Source: Nitrosopumilaceae archaeon
GTDB lineage: Archaea; Thermoproteota; Nitrososphaeria; Nitrososphaerales; Nitrosopumilaceae
Length of the DNA stretch: 64,000 nt
NCBI GenBank assembly: GCA_965207375.1
Contig: OZ242274.1
Span: forward strand, 992,001 to 1,056,000
Direction: 5' to 3'
Shown: positions 41,609 to 50,902 of the stretch, in pieces
Position numbering within the stretch: position 1 is the first letter of the stretch
Layout of the letters: every line of letters starts with the position of its first letter
Program-made: the position numbers and the translations under genes
Notes under the pieces: model-generated
Database searches by the model: none
What the model saw: only the letters and a program-made list of their open reading frames with translations
Told to the model about the DNA's origin: nothing

Positions 41609-42934
41609 CTAACCAATTCCCATTCGTCTTAGGGTGCCTTGCATCTGTCTTCCTTTTGATGCCTTCATCATGTTTTTGGAATTTTGATAATTTTTGACTA
41701 GTTCTTTGACGTCTTGCTGAGACCACCCTGAACCTCGTGCAATACGTTGAATTCTAGATGCGTTTAACACCCCCGGCTCTGCCTTTTCCTGTCGGGTCAT
41801 ACTTTGTATGATGAATCTCCATCTGTCTATTTTGCCTTCCATTTGGTCTAGCTGATCATCTTTTACCATTCCAGACAAACCAGGCATACTGTCTAACAAT
41901 CCTCGAAGAGAGCCGACCTTAGTTACCTCCTCTAACTGGTAGAAAAAGTCTTCAATGTTCATCTTTCCACTAGAGATGCGTTTCATTCTAACATCGTCTG
42001 CCTCATTTTCAAGTTTTTTTGCCAAATCTAGTACTGCTTGAATATCTCCCATTCCTAGCATCTTTCCTACAAATCGTGTAGGTGAGAATTTTTCCAAATC
42101 ATCAATTCGCTCTCCGGTGCCGATGTACATTATTTGTGCGCCGGTGGCAGCAGATGCTGCAATTGCTCCGCCTCCCTTTGCAGAGCTGTCCAATTTGGTT
42201 ACGACAATTCCTCCTACTGCAATAGTCTTGTGAAATGCTTCGGCCTGATTGTAACATTGTTGGCCAATTGTGCCATCAATTACTAACAAAGCCAGATCAG
42301 GATCTGCTACCTTGTTGATTTGTTTCATCTCATCTAGCAAATCGTGCTCTTCTTTGTGCCTACCAGCAGTATCTATCAACAATATGTCAAGATTGGAATT
42401 TTCAAAATGTTTCAGGCCATTTTTGACTATATTAGGAGAATCCTTGTTATTTTCTTCGCCATAAACTTCGACATTTGTCTTTTCACACATGGTCCGAAGC
42501 TGAACTAGTGCACCGGGACGATACGTATCTGCACCAATGACGCCCACCTTGTATCCCTGCACTGTTAGAAATTTTGCAAGCTTTGCAGAAACTGTGGTTT
42601 TTCCACTTCCTTGGATTCCGAGCATTACAATTTTGTTTGTTTTGCCTGGTTTGAATGTGAATTCTGTTTCATTTCCTAAAAGTTTTGCAAGTTCATCATA
42701 TAGAATTTTAACAATGTGATCCTTTCTAGGTAATCCTGGGGGAGGAGTTTCAGTCATTGCCCTTTCCTTGAGGTTTTTAGTAATTACTAAAACTAGTTTT
42801 GCATTTACATCTGATAGCAATAATGCATACTGAACATCTTTGACAAGCTTGTCAATAAGTTCCTCATTGATACCCGAAGATTTTACAATCTTTTTGATTG
42901 CCGATCTAAGATTGGTTCTAAGTTCATCAAGCAT
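41609..42934 (-). CDS. srp54: Signal recognition particle protein SRP54
   Basis: GIQGSGKTT, DTAGR, TKLD and RIARGSG motifs. Confidence 0.96.
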   Translation of the reverse strand: MLDELRTNLRSAIKKIVKSSGINEELIDKLVKDVQYALLLSDVNAKLVLVITKNLKERAMTETPPPGLPRKDHIVKILYDELAKLLGNETEFTFKPGKTNKIVMLGIQGSGKTTVSAKLAKFLTVQGYKVGVIGADTYRPGALVQLRTMCEKTNVEVYGEENNKDSPNIVKNGLKHFENSNLDILLIDTAGRHKEEHDLLDEMKQINKVADPDLALLVIDGTIGQQCYNQAEAFHKTIAVGGIVVTKLDSSAKGGGAIAASAATGAQIMYIGTGERIDDLEKFSPTRFVGKMLGMGDIQAVLDLAKKLENEADDVRMKRISSGKMNIEDFFYQLEEVTKVGSLRGLLDSMPGLSGMVKDDQLDQMEGKIDRWRFIIQSMTRQEKAEPGVLNASRIQRIARGSGWSQQDVKELVKNYQNSKNMMKASKGRQMQGTLRRMGIG

Positions 42935-43616
42935 GGTTGTCTAATTCAGCCTCTAGTATTTCAAATCTTCCTCTGTATCCGTCCCATATTTTTTTTGCAT
43001 CTTTAATAGTGATTGGTTGGCAAAAAAGAGGACAATTTAGCACAAATGTCTCAGCCTCGCCCCCCTCAAAACTAATGTTAAAGCCATATTTTGACGATAA
43101 TTTATCCAGCTCATACAAATCATTTTTTGTTATTTTTCTTGATAGCCATGAATCATCTAATCCATCTGTGGTAACACTAGTCAAAATGAATTCAAAGTTC
43201 GAATCAAGCAATTTATGCATGTATTTGCCTTGATCAATATTCCACAGGGGGGAAATTACATCTAATTTTAGGTCATTGCAGACTGTATCAAAATTATTCT
43301 TTTGGAATATGCTTAAAATTCCTCCATGTACTACACCCCCAATACCGTAATTGTCTTTTGCACAAAGCAGCACACTATGCAGTAATGACATTTCGTCTTT
43401 TGTATCTGCACTGTTTGCTCTGTAAATCAAATGCGGTAGGTCCATGGATTTTGCTTGCAACGCAGTATATTTTATATTGCAATGATGTAACATGTGACTT
43501 TCATCGGATTTTGGATATATTGTAATGAGACACTTTACGCAATGGCCTAATTGTTTGGCTGCATAGATTGCAAAGGTACTGTCTTTTCCACCAGAGAACA
43601 ATGCTGCAAGCTTCAC
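42927..43616 (-). CDS. dph6: Diphthine--ammonia ligase
   Basis: FSGGKDS, PLW and EGGEAETFV motifs. Confidence 0.9.
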   Translation of the reverse strand: MKLAALFSGGKDSTFAIYAAKQLGHCVKCLITIYPKSDESHMLHHCNIKYTALQAKSMDLPHLIYRANSADTKDEMSLLHSVLLCAKDNYGIGGVVHGGILSIFQKNNFDTVCNDLKLDVISPLWNIDQGKYMHKLLDSNFEFILTSVTTDGLDDSWLSRKITKNDLYELDKLSSKYGFNISFEGGEAETFVLNCPLFCQPITIKDAKKIWDGYRGRFEILEAELDNHA

Positions 43617-43837
43617 AATGTAAAATAAATCTTAGATTAGATATTTCTTGTTAATGAAAAAGGATGCCTCAACACTCATAATCCTCATCAAAAATCAGAT
43701 GGCTTTTCCGCTTCTCATCAGCATCCGCTTTAGATAAATATATTTCAAGATATAAGTTATAGACGTGTGTAACATTGCGCACAGTAGATTTATCTAGCTA
43801 TTTAGATAAAAAAAATTCACTTAATTAATTGTTGGGC

Positions 43838-43907
43838 TGAAAAAAGATTACAAATTACAAACTTTAATTATCATTTGAAAAAAGATTACAAATTACAAAC
43901 TTTAATT
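43838..43907. repeat. Perfect 32-bp direct repeat, two copies (period 38)
   Basis: TGAAAAAAGATTACAAATTACAAACTTTAATT at 43838 and 43876. Confidence 0.9.
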
Positions 43908-44039
43908 GATTCTGTTTTGAAAAGTAATTTGCTGTTCACGATTATACTACAACACACTAGTATAATAATTTTTCAAAAATAAAATTTTGTTGGTACACAT
44001 GAAATAATTTATCAAATAGTACATACGATACAATACAGG

Positions 44040-44228
44040 TTGCAAAAACAAAAAAACCACAAAACAAAAAGTAAACTTGCTACCAAAGAACAAAGATTGT
44101 ACAAAAAAATTGCAAACGCAGATCCTACAGTAATACATCATGTAAGAAAACATTTGTCTGCTAAACAAAGAAAGCAAATAGCAAACATACTGCACAAAAA
44201 GATTTCAGTGTTGGGAGATATGCGATGA
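44040..44228 (+). CDS. Basic micro-ORF 1 of the coupled array
   Basis: TTG start; ATGA overlap with the next ORF. Confidence 0.55.
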   Translation: MQKQKNHKTKSKLATKEQRLYKKIANADPTVIHHVRKHLSAKQRKQIANILHKKISVLGDMR

Positions 44229-44503
44229 GTACCAGACGACCACGGTCAACCTATATGGACCCAATAAAGAAATTATGTATCACTTGCAGACATGAAGATT
44301 TCCTACATGATGATACTTGTGCTGTCCAATTTTGTAAATGTGAGGGATTGGATAAAATTAGATGTAAGACCTGTAATGTACTGTTCAAACGAAGAACTGC
44401 TGCTATGGCACAGACATGTTCAAAAGAATGTCGTAATAAAAATAGTTACAATACTCAAAAATTAAAAAAACAAGAGGAAATAAAATGGAGGTTGCCTGAA
44501 TGA
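44225..44503 (+). CDS. Micro-ORF 2, double zinc finger
   Basis: CITCRHEDFLH...C...CKC and CKTC...CSKEC. Confidence 0.75.
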   Translation: MSTRRPRSTYMDPIKKLCITCRHEDFLHDDTCAVQFCKCEGLDKIRCKTCNVLFKRRTAAMAQTCSKECRNKNSYNTQKLKKQEEIKWRLPE

Positions 44504-44658
44504 ACTGTCCTGAATGTAACAAATCAATGCAAGTAGAAGAATCAAACTTTAGATGTTTTGATTGTCATGTGAGTTATAATAATGACATCTGGTATTATGA
44601 CAAACTAGATGCAAATCAAATGAGACAAATTAAATTAAGTGAGTTGATGCATGAATGA
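44500..44658 (+). CDS. Micro-ORF 3, zinc ribbon (52 aa)
   Basis: MNCPECNK...FRCFDCH; ATGA overlaps at both ends. Confidence 0.7.
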   Translation: MNCPECNKSMQVEESNFRCFDCHVSYNNDIWYYDKLDANQMRQIKLSELMHE

Positions 44659-44825
44659 ATCTACTTGAAATTCAACTAAAAGCAAGAGACAGACAAATCA
44701 CATATTTGGCAGACAGACTAATAACAACAGTTCCAAAACAAGAACGTGAAAAACTTAGAGACGAATTAATTAAAGATTGTATACAGATTGCCAAAAATAC
44801 ATTAGACAAGGAGATGTCTGAATGA
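44655..44825 (+). CDS. Micro-ORF 4, helical (56 aa)
   Basis: MNLLEIQLKARDRQI...KEMSE; ATGA overlaps at both ends. Confidence 0.65.
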   Translation: MNLLEIQLKARDRQITYLADRLITTVPKQEREKLRDELIKDCIQIAKNTLDKEMSE

Positions 44826-44854
44826 CTAAATGTGTAGATTGTGGACATGAAGAA

Positions 44855-46168
44855 TAGCAGATCTAACTAATAATCGATAGCAAATTTGTCAATTAAAGTC
44901 AACTAAAAGATCTATATGTCGATCTTGTTCCAAGATGGTTACAATGGATAAATTCCTACCAGATACAAACATGAAGAAATTGTACAAACTCAAAAAAGAA
45001 GAAAAAAATCCAAAGGTTGTACAGAGAATTACTGCATACATGTTAAAAAAGGAGGGCAAAACATTGTGGGAAATTTCAAATTCCATAAAGATACCGTACA
45101 CCACGGTTCAAAATTGGATAGACAGAATCAACAAGGAAGGCATTGATGCTAGATACGATAAGAAGCAACCTGGTGCACAGTGTAAGCTGGACAAGAAGCA
45201 GATAAACAAGCTAATACGTGATTTGAAAAAAGGACCACAAAAATGTGGTTATGATACTAATTTGTGGACATCACCCATAATACAAAGACACATCAAAAAA
45301 ATATTCAAGACAGATTACAATGTAAGTTCGGTATGGGCATTGATCACTAGACTTGATCTTCATCTAGTTGCACCTAGACCTAGAAACGACAAGGCAGCAA
45401 CCCCTGAGGAAATCGCAGTGTTCAAAAAAAAAGCTCACCGCAAGGTAAAATACTATAGCGACAAAGGACACACAATTATGACCATGGATGCTGCTCACAA
45501 GCTGGTGGCATCAGTGCCCAAAAAGGGCTGGTTTTTTGAAAAACGTCCTGTATTTATCACAGGCAAGAAAAAACCAAAGAAAAAATCCGCAAAAAATAAA
45601 TCTAAAAAATCCAAGAGTCTCACGATTATAGGTGCTATTGGCGCAGAGAAAGAATATTACTTTAGGTTTTACGATACAGGAAACTGGGTTAACGTGGAAA
45701 ACTTTTTGCAGGGTGTACACAAGAAATTCGGCAAGGTTCTGATGTTTATGGACAATGCAGCTTATCACAAAAAAGATGAGCTAAAACGTATCACAAGGGA
45801 GACAGGTGGTCAGATGCAGTTTGAGTTTTATCTAAAATATACTCCTGAACTCAATCCGATTGAGCCTGAATGGTCGGTCATGAAAAAGAGTATTGCAGGT
45901 ATTATAGCTACAAATGCTGAGCTCAAACGTATCATAGCTCGATCAATAAAAAACAAAACTATTCCAATAGTAAAAATGTTCGACTATTTGATACCGTAAT
46001 TTTGTTCTTTGATTCTTTTGTTTGTAACTATCAGATAATATGCTGTAATATTTTGTGCATTTCATGTTTAGTTGCTTTGATCGCAACTGTTGCAAGTGTC
46101 AATGTCAGGTCACGACTTTGTTTTTTAAAATATGTAGAAAAACTATTGATTATTAGTTAGATCTGCTA
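44855..46168 (+). mobile_element. IS630-family element (1314 bp)
   Basis: 26-bp TIR TAGCAGATCTAACTAATAATC(G/A)ATAG, flanked by AA on both sides. Confidence 0.92.
44935..45999 (+). CDS. IS630-family transposase
   Basis: HTH, LWT winged helix, MDNAAYHK and YTPELNPIE motifs. Confidence 0.92.
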   Translation: MVTMDKFLPDTNMKKLYKLKKEEKNPKVVQRITAYMLKKEGKTLWEISNSIKIPYTTVQNWIDRINKEGIDARYDKKQPGAQCKLDKKQINKLIRDLKKGPQKCGYDTNLWTSPIIQRHIKKIFKTDYNVSSVWALITRLDLHLVAPRPRNDKAATPEEIAVFKKKAHRKVKYYSDKGHTIMTMDAAHKLVASVPKKGWFFEKRPVFITGKKKPKKKSAKNKSKKSKSLTIIGAIGAEKEYYFRFYDTGNWVNVENFLQGVHKKFGKVLMFMDNAAYHKKDELKRITRETGGQMQFEFYLKYTPELNPIEPEWSVMKKSIAGIIATNAELKRIIARSIKNKTIPIVKMFDYLIP

Positions 46169-46268
46169 AATCATTTCATACTCAATACAACTGTAAGTAT
46201 GTAGTTGAGACTATAGACGACATAGTAAAAGAATGTGGCTGTGAAGGATACTTGGAGTTAATGCCAGA

Positions 46269-46421
46269 ATGAAATGTGATTTATGTGAAGAACCAATCAA
46301 AAGTTATGATGAGTATTATACCGAACATAATTTACCAATAATTAAACAAAGAACATTATGCAAAAATTGTGTTATGTGCAAAGCACAATTTACTTATCAA
46401 GAGGCTAGAGCATACAAATGA
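46269..46421 (+). CDS. Micro-ORF 6, zinc finger (50 aa)
   Basis: MKCDLCEE...LCKNCVMC. Confidence 0.68.
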   Translation: MKCDLCEEPIKSYDEYYTEHNLPIIKQRTLCKNCVMCKAQFTYQEARAYK

Positions 46422-46434
46422 GGAAGATACTTGA

Positions 46435-46542
46435 ATGAAAATTTGCCCTAGTTGTAATTATCCCATGTCAGAATCAATATCAGATGATACATTATTTGAA
46501 TGCCTAACATGTAATTTGAGTTATGAGGGAGATCCTGATTGA
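46435..46542 (+). CDS. Micro-ORF 8, zinc ribbon (35 aa)
   Basis: MKICPSCNYPM...FECLTCNL; linked upstream by the 6-aa ORF 46418-46438 and downstream by the 17-aa ORF 46539-46592. Confidence 0.65.
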   Translation: MKICPSCNYPMSESISDDTLFECLTCNLSYEGDPD

Positions 46543-46588
46543 CCAAGTTCAACATCTACACTTGCCAACTTTGTTTTGGGGCTAAATC

Positions 46589-46846
46589 ATGAAGATACAA
46601 ATCGATTGTGATGTCAAGTTCAAACGAACACATGCCATCTTAATACTGGCCATAGGTCTGGTAATAGTTACTGCAATTGGATTACATGTAGGTATGAATC
46701 CGCCATGTGTTGATGGCCAATACAAATACGTACACAGTGCAAATGATATGGGAATAGTAGTACAGGCGATGGATGGCAAGACCATAATTGATTTTAATCT
46801 AGAACCAGGTAACTACTGGGCAAAATACTATGAAATATGCAGATAA
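46589..46846 (+). CDS. Micro-ORF 10, single-TM protein
   Basis: Hydrophobic AILILAIGLVIVTAIGL; last ORF of the coupled array. Confidence 0.65.
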   Translation: MKIQIDCDVKFKRTHAILILAIGLVIVTAIGLHVGMNPPCVDGQYKYVHSANDMGIVVQAMDGKTIIDFNLEPGNYWAKYYEICR

Positions 46847-46943
46847 AAGAGAACAAAAATTTAACCAGTTGTTCAAAATCTGTTAATCCACAAAGTCCTT
46901 ATTATATTAAATGCAATAGTGAGATTTATGGTCCCACTATTTT

Positions 46944-47171
46944 TTACGATTTTGTATGTTTCGCTTTAAATCGTTCCTGTTTTTCATACGTTTCTTTTAG
47001 CAGTTTTTGATGGTCGATTAATTTCTCAACTTGCAACATGGTACGCTGCACCTCACAACCGATATCTCTAAATTTATCTTCTATTTCGTTTAGATATTGT
47101 ACAGTAATTCTATCCATCTTTTGGTGTTTTCCACATACAAACTTTAGCACATCAAGACGATCTTCATGCAA
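46944..47171 (-). CDS. Small hypothetical coiled-coil protein
   Basis: 75-aa ORF overlapping the upstream ORF. Confidence 0.5.
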   Translation of the reverse strand: MHEDRLDVLKFVCGKHQKMDRITVQYLNEIEDKFRDIGCEVQRTMLQVEKLIDHQKLLKETYEKQERFKAKHTKS

Positions 47172-47347
47172 TATCCTCTTTCACGCCATTTTCGGTCGCG
47201 CACTTCTTGTTCAGCCCACTGTTCTTTTGTAACTGCCGCATATTGCAATTGCTTATAGTCCTCTATCAAGTCAAGTATAGTCTGACTCATATATTCAAGA
47301 TCGTCATAAGTCTTGTGAAATCTCTTGAGATTTAGTTCTACTTCCAT
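47144..47347 (-). CDS. Small hypothetical protein
   Basis: 67-aa helical ORF. Confidence 0.5.
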   Translation of the reverse strand: MEVELNLKRFHKTYDDLEYMSQTILDLIEDYKQLQYAAVTKEQWAEQEVRDRKWRERGYCMKIVLMC

Positions 47348-47440
47348 ATACCTATACTGTACACACCATAATTTATGTTTGAAAGCATTCAGGGCTCATG
47401 GTATCACAAACAAGTTCAAAACCAATTATGAAAACACATG

Positions 47441-48082
47441 TCATGTCTTGTGTATTATCATTTCAAGTTGTTGCCATGTCCCGCTTTTTGGCTTTTTACG
47501 CGGTTGGCTTGTTTCCTTACAGTGCAGTATCGTCATACCGTTACCTAGTATACTGCATATTTCTGATTCAGTAAAAAAGTGTATTTTTAATCCTTGTTTT
47601 GGCCCATCATGGTACTGTATAGTAAATCCACCGTGCTTGTTTTTTTCAATAATTTTGTGGGCATGCCAGGGTACAGTAGATGCTGAATTGATGCGTAAAA
47701 ACAGCAAGCCGTTTTTGCGCAAAATTTGTACAGTTTTTGTAAAATAGCGATACACCGTACTATAATCACCATGCTGATATGATTGTATTGATACCACATA
47801 ATCATAATTTTCTGAAACATTCAAAATGTTTTTGCATGAAACTCTTTTTGTTTTTTTGAGCAATTGAGATATGGCAACCTTTGAGACATCTATACCCTTT
47901 ATGTCAAGTCCTGATAAAACCAACGGAAGATAGTTTCTCCCGTTACCACATCCTACATACAATCCTTCTCCTCGTGGTTTATATTTCAATATCGTCTTTA
48001 CAAATTTCACAGGTGCTTGGTGCTGATATCTTCCGGCTGCATATTGTCTGTCCCAACTGTGAGAAATTAAAACATCATCCAT
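47441..48082 (-). CDS. Class I SAM-dependent methyltransferase
   Basis: LYVGCGNGRN, GIDVS, YDYVV and LRKNGLLF motifs; 8-bp overlap with the upstream gene. Confidence 0.88.
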   Translation of the reverse strand: MDDVLISHSWDRQYAAGRYQHQAPVKFVKTILKYKPRGEGLYVGCGNGRNYLPLVLSGLDIKGIDVSKVAISQLLKKTKRVSCKNILNVSENYDYVVSIQSYQHGDYSTVYRYFTKTVQILRKNGLLFLRINSASTVPWHAHKIIEKNKHGGFTIQYHDGPKQGLKIHFFTESEICSILGNGMTILHCKETSQPRKKPKSGTWQQLEMIIHKT

Positions 48083-49553
48083 TTTTCATCAATTCAGATT
48101 TTTGTGGGAAAAACTGATCCCAGAATGAGAATGGAGGAGAGGCAATCACAAAACACGAAAATGATTTGTCAGATGTGACAATTACCTTGTGAGCCGTCTT
48201 TGTTGGTATTGTGAGATAATCGCCCTGTTTGAGATGATAGGTATGTTGCTTCTTAATCTGTTCTGGATCCCATGTAATAATATCTGCCTCGCCTGATTCG
48301 ACAAGATATGCCTCTTCAGATGTTGAATGGTAATGCCCACGCGTTGTAGAATTAGATTCAAACACGGCACGTACTACTGAAAAATTTCCAAGATCATGTT
48401 TTGAAGTAAATCTATATAATTTCCCCCATGGTCGGTTTTCCTCCTGTAACATATCTTTTGAAATATGGTAAGGCACAAGGTTGTTGTTAGGTAACATTAT
48501 TGATGCTATCTCTGTTTCTATGTTTGTAGCAAGTTTACAAATCCCTCCGTCGAGTTCTTGTGGAATCGTTTTTATCATAGTTAACAATATTCCTGAAAAT
48601 ACTATTTCCATTATGGTAGTTGATGTTCCATTACCACACATCAAGTTTATTGGTTTGGCCGAACCAATAATACCAATGCGTTTCTTTAGTTTTGCTTTAC
48701 TAAAGTTGCATTGTATAAGTGTCCCTGTTCTAGTTATTTCTATGTGGGCATCATCAAATTCAAATGTTCCAAGAGTCAACATACGTTTTGAAATTTCGCC
48801 TGTTCCACTACCTGCATTTATTACTATTGCACCATTTTTCATCAGTAGAAATTGGCGCACATCAATACCTTTACCGTCCGTACTTGTGGTACATGATATT
48901 ATCACATCCTGAATTTGAATTACATCTCGTATGTCATCTACAACTGTAAATCCATGTGCCGAGGCAATCGCCCTTTTTATGACATCTGAATCCATTATTG
49001 TGACATGACTTTTGTGCGATTTACAAACTTCTGCCAGTCCTTCACCCACATGTCCATAACCGATAATCAAGACATTTTTACCAATTAAAGAAATTGATGA
49101 TTCAGACAACAAACATGATATGATTGATTCAGGTGTGGCTAATTTGTTTTCTATTCTTGTTTTTAAACTTGATTCGGCCATGTTTATGACAGGATATGGT
49201 AATAATGCATCTTTTGCTTTCTTAATACCACCAGTGGTCTGTTCTATCGAATATATGGTACTCTTTAAACTTGGAGTATTCTTACAAATTAATTCTGTGA
49301 CACAGTGACCGTCTTCTACAATGACATCAATGGACTCGATTATGGAAAAAATTTGATTTTGATTAATTATTGTAACCTTGTTTATTTTTGATACTGTATC
49401 ATTTCTGTAGCTTTTTGGAAGATAATATACTCTGACACCCAACAAAACTAGATTTTGAAGAAAAATTTTTGTGGCATGGGTGTTGTGCGTACAGACAAGA
49501 ATATTTCTTTCATTTAATGAATTTGGATATCTTTTTACAATTGATGATATCAT
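48075..49553 (-). CDS. Divergent S-adenosylhomocysteine-hydrolase-like protein fused to a C-terminal cupin
   Basis: CTH, EDG, EQTTGG, K..IEN, GYGHVG, NAG and INL motifs, then cupin RPWG...HYH....E...P...H. Confidence 0.8.
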   Translation of the reverse strand: MISSIVKRYPNSLNERNILVCTHNTHATKIFLQNLVLLGVRVYYLPKSYRNDTVSKINKVTIINQNQIFSIIESIDVIVEDGHCVTELICKNTPSLKSTIYSIEQTTGGIKKAKDALLPYPVINMAESSLKTRIENKLATPESIISCLLSESSISLIGKNVLIIGYGHVGEGLAEVCKSHKSHVTIMDSDVIKRAIASAHGFTVVDDIRDVIQIQDVIISCTTSTDGKGIDVRQFLLMKNGAIVINAGSGTGEISKRMLTLGTFEFDDAHIEITRTGTLIQCNFSKAKLKKRIGIIGSAKPINLMCGNGTSTTIMEIVFSGILLTMIKTIPQELDGGICKLATNIETEIASIMLPNNNLVPYHISKDMLQEENRPWGKLYRFTSKHDLGNFSVVRAVFESNSTTRGHYHSTSEEAYLVESGEADIITWDPEQIKKQHTYHLKQGDYLTIPTKTAHKVIVTSDKSFSCFVIASPPFSFWDQFFPQKSELMKNG

Positions 49554-49679
49554 TGTAAAATCAATACATATTTGGAATATAAAGTCTATTTAATACATCA
49601 GTTAACCCACCAGCAACGCAGAATCTGCCGCAATGTTTCGGTGGGGGCTTTGGATTGATCTGATATTTGGTTATAATTG

Positions 49680-49812
49680 TAATTTTAAACTAAATCATTT
49701 ACTGTATCATCTCAAATTAAATTCTCCTTTTAAATTCAAATTAAAATTATATCGTCCTCTCAAAATTTAAATTCAAAAATCAAATTAAAAATTAAAATCA
49801 AAATAAAATGAT
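49680..49812. repeat. AT-rich low-complexity tract (TTTAAATTCAAA / AAATTAAAA units)
   Basis: Repeated short A/T motifs at the right end of the island. Confidence 0.55.
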
Positions 49813-50769
49813 TCTATAGCTAAAGCATTATTTTTATGCACAAGATCAAAAAAATTTGTCCCATACATTAAGAGATCAGTCCTGCATACACCAAAATATG
49901 AAACCAATCAAACGCATGGAACATGATCTCAAGCCCCGCAAGACTCACTATGACGCACAAATGAGACTCAGAATGATATACGCCATTGAACATGGAATAC
50001 ACGTAGACGATGTGGCTGAAATCTTTGGCGTATCAAGACGCGTATTATACGAGTGGAAGACCAAATACGAACAACATGGTCTTGAGGGGCTTGAGGAGGC
50101 TCCCCGTACAGGAAGGCCGTCGTTTCTTTCAGACAAGAAAATAAAACGATGCATGGATAACATCCAAAAACCAGGCAAGATACCAAATGCAAAAAAATTG
50201 CGAGAAGAGATCCACAAAAGTCACGGCATCTGGTACAGCAAATCAGGAATACGAAGGATATTGGCCAAAAACGGTCATACCTTCAAAAAAATTATGCCGG
50301 TTCATGTACGTGCAGCTACAAACGAGGAGGCAGACATTTGGCGTAAAAAGAATCTTCCAAAGATTAGGAGACTGCAAAAAGAGGACCACAAACTTGTTGC
50401 CCTAGATGAGGCATCAGTTGAAATTGATTCAAATTCTAGATATGGATATTGCAAACGCGGTACGAGACTGTATGCCACATACAACGGTACAAAGCAAAAA
50501 GTGCCTATAATTGGCGCCATGGTAGAAGACGGACGATCTATGTTTCGTACAAAACCCAAATTTAATTCACCTACGTTTATAGAATTTTTATGAGATATGC
50601 AACGGACAATGGGGCCCACAGTAATTGTGATGGATAAGGCATCATATCACAGGTCCAAAGATATAAAACAATGGTTTAAAGGATTCTTCTGCTTTATCTG
50701 TTGGTCAAAGTCAATATGCAAATTTTCTCCGAATTGCCCGTGCCTAGATTACTGCCTGTACCAGCAGAT

Positions 50770-50839
50770 CAATCACACATTATCAAAGCAATCACACATT
50801 ATCAAAGCAATCACACATTATCAAAGCAATCACACATTA
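50770..50839. repeat. 19-bp tandem repeat, about 3.7 copies
   Basis: Unit CAATCACACATTATCAAAG. Confidence 0.92.
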
Positions 50840-50902
50840 GCAGAACATAATCTTCTCCGAGTTGTCACTGTTTCATCACACATGTAACTTTGACATTAGA
50901 GT

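Larger units (their letters stand above)
44822..46272 (+). pseudogene. Micro-ORF 5, zinc finger (44 aa) split by IS630
   Basis: 44822-44854 plus 46171-46272 gives MTKCVDCGHEESFHTQYNC...ECGCEGYLELMPE. Confidence 0.72.

Noticed and set aside
49606-49645. GC-rich hairpin upstream of the AhcY-like gene as a SAH/SAM riboswitch
   Set aside because: The hairpin is real (CCCACC/GGTGGG) but lacks riboswitch consensus. A TATA-like TTTATATT lies between it and the ATG, implying a leaderless mRNA that excludes it.
50770-50839. 19-bp repeats, and the 32-bp repeat at 43838, as CRISPR arrays
   Set aside because: Head-to-tail or only 6 nt apart, with no unique spacers and no cas genes.
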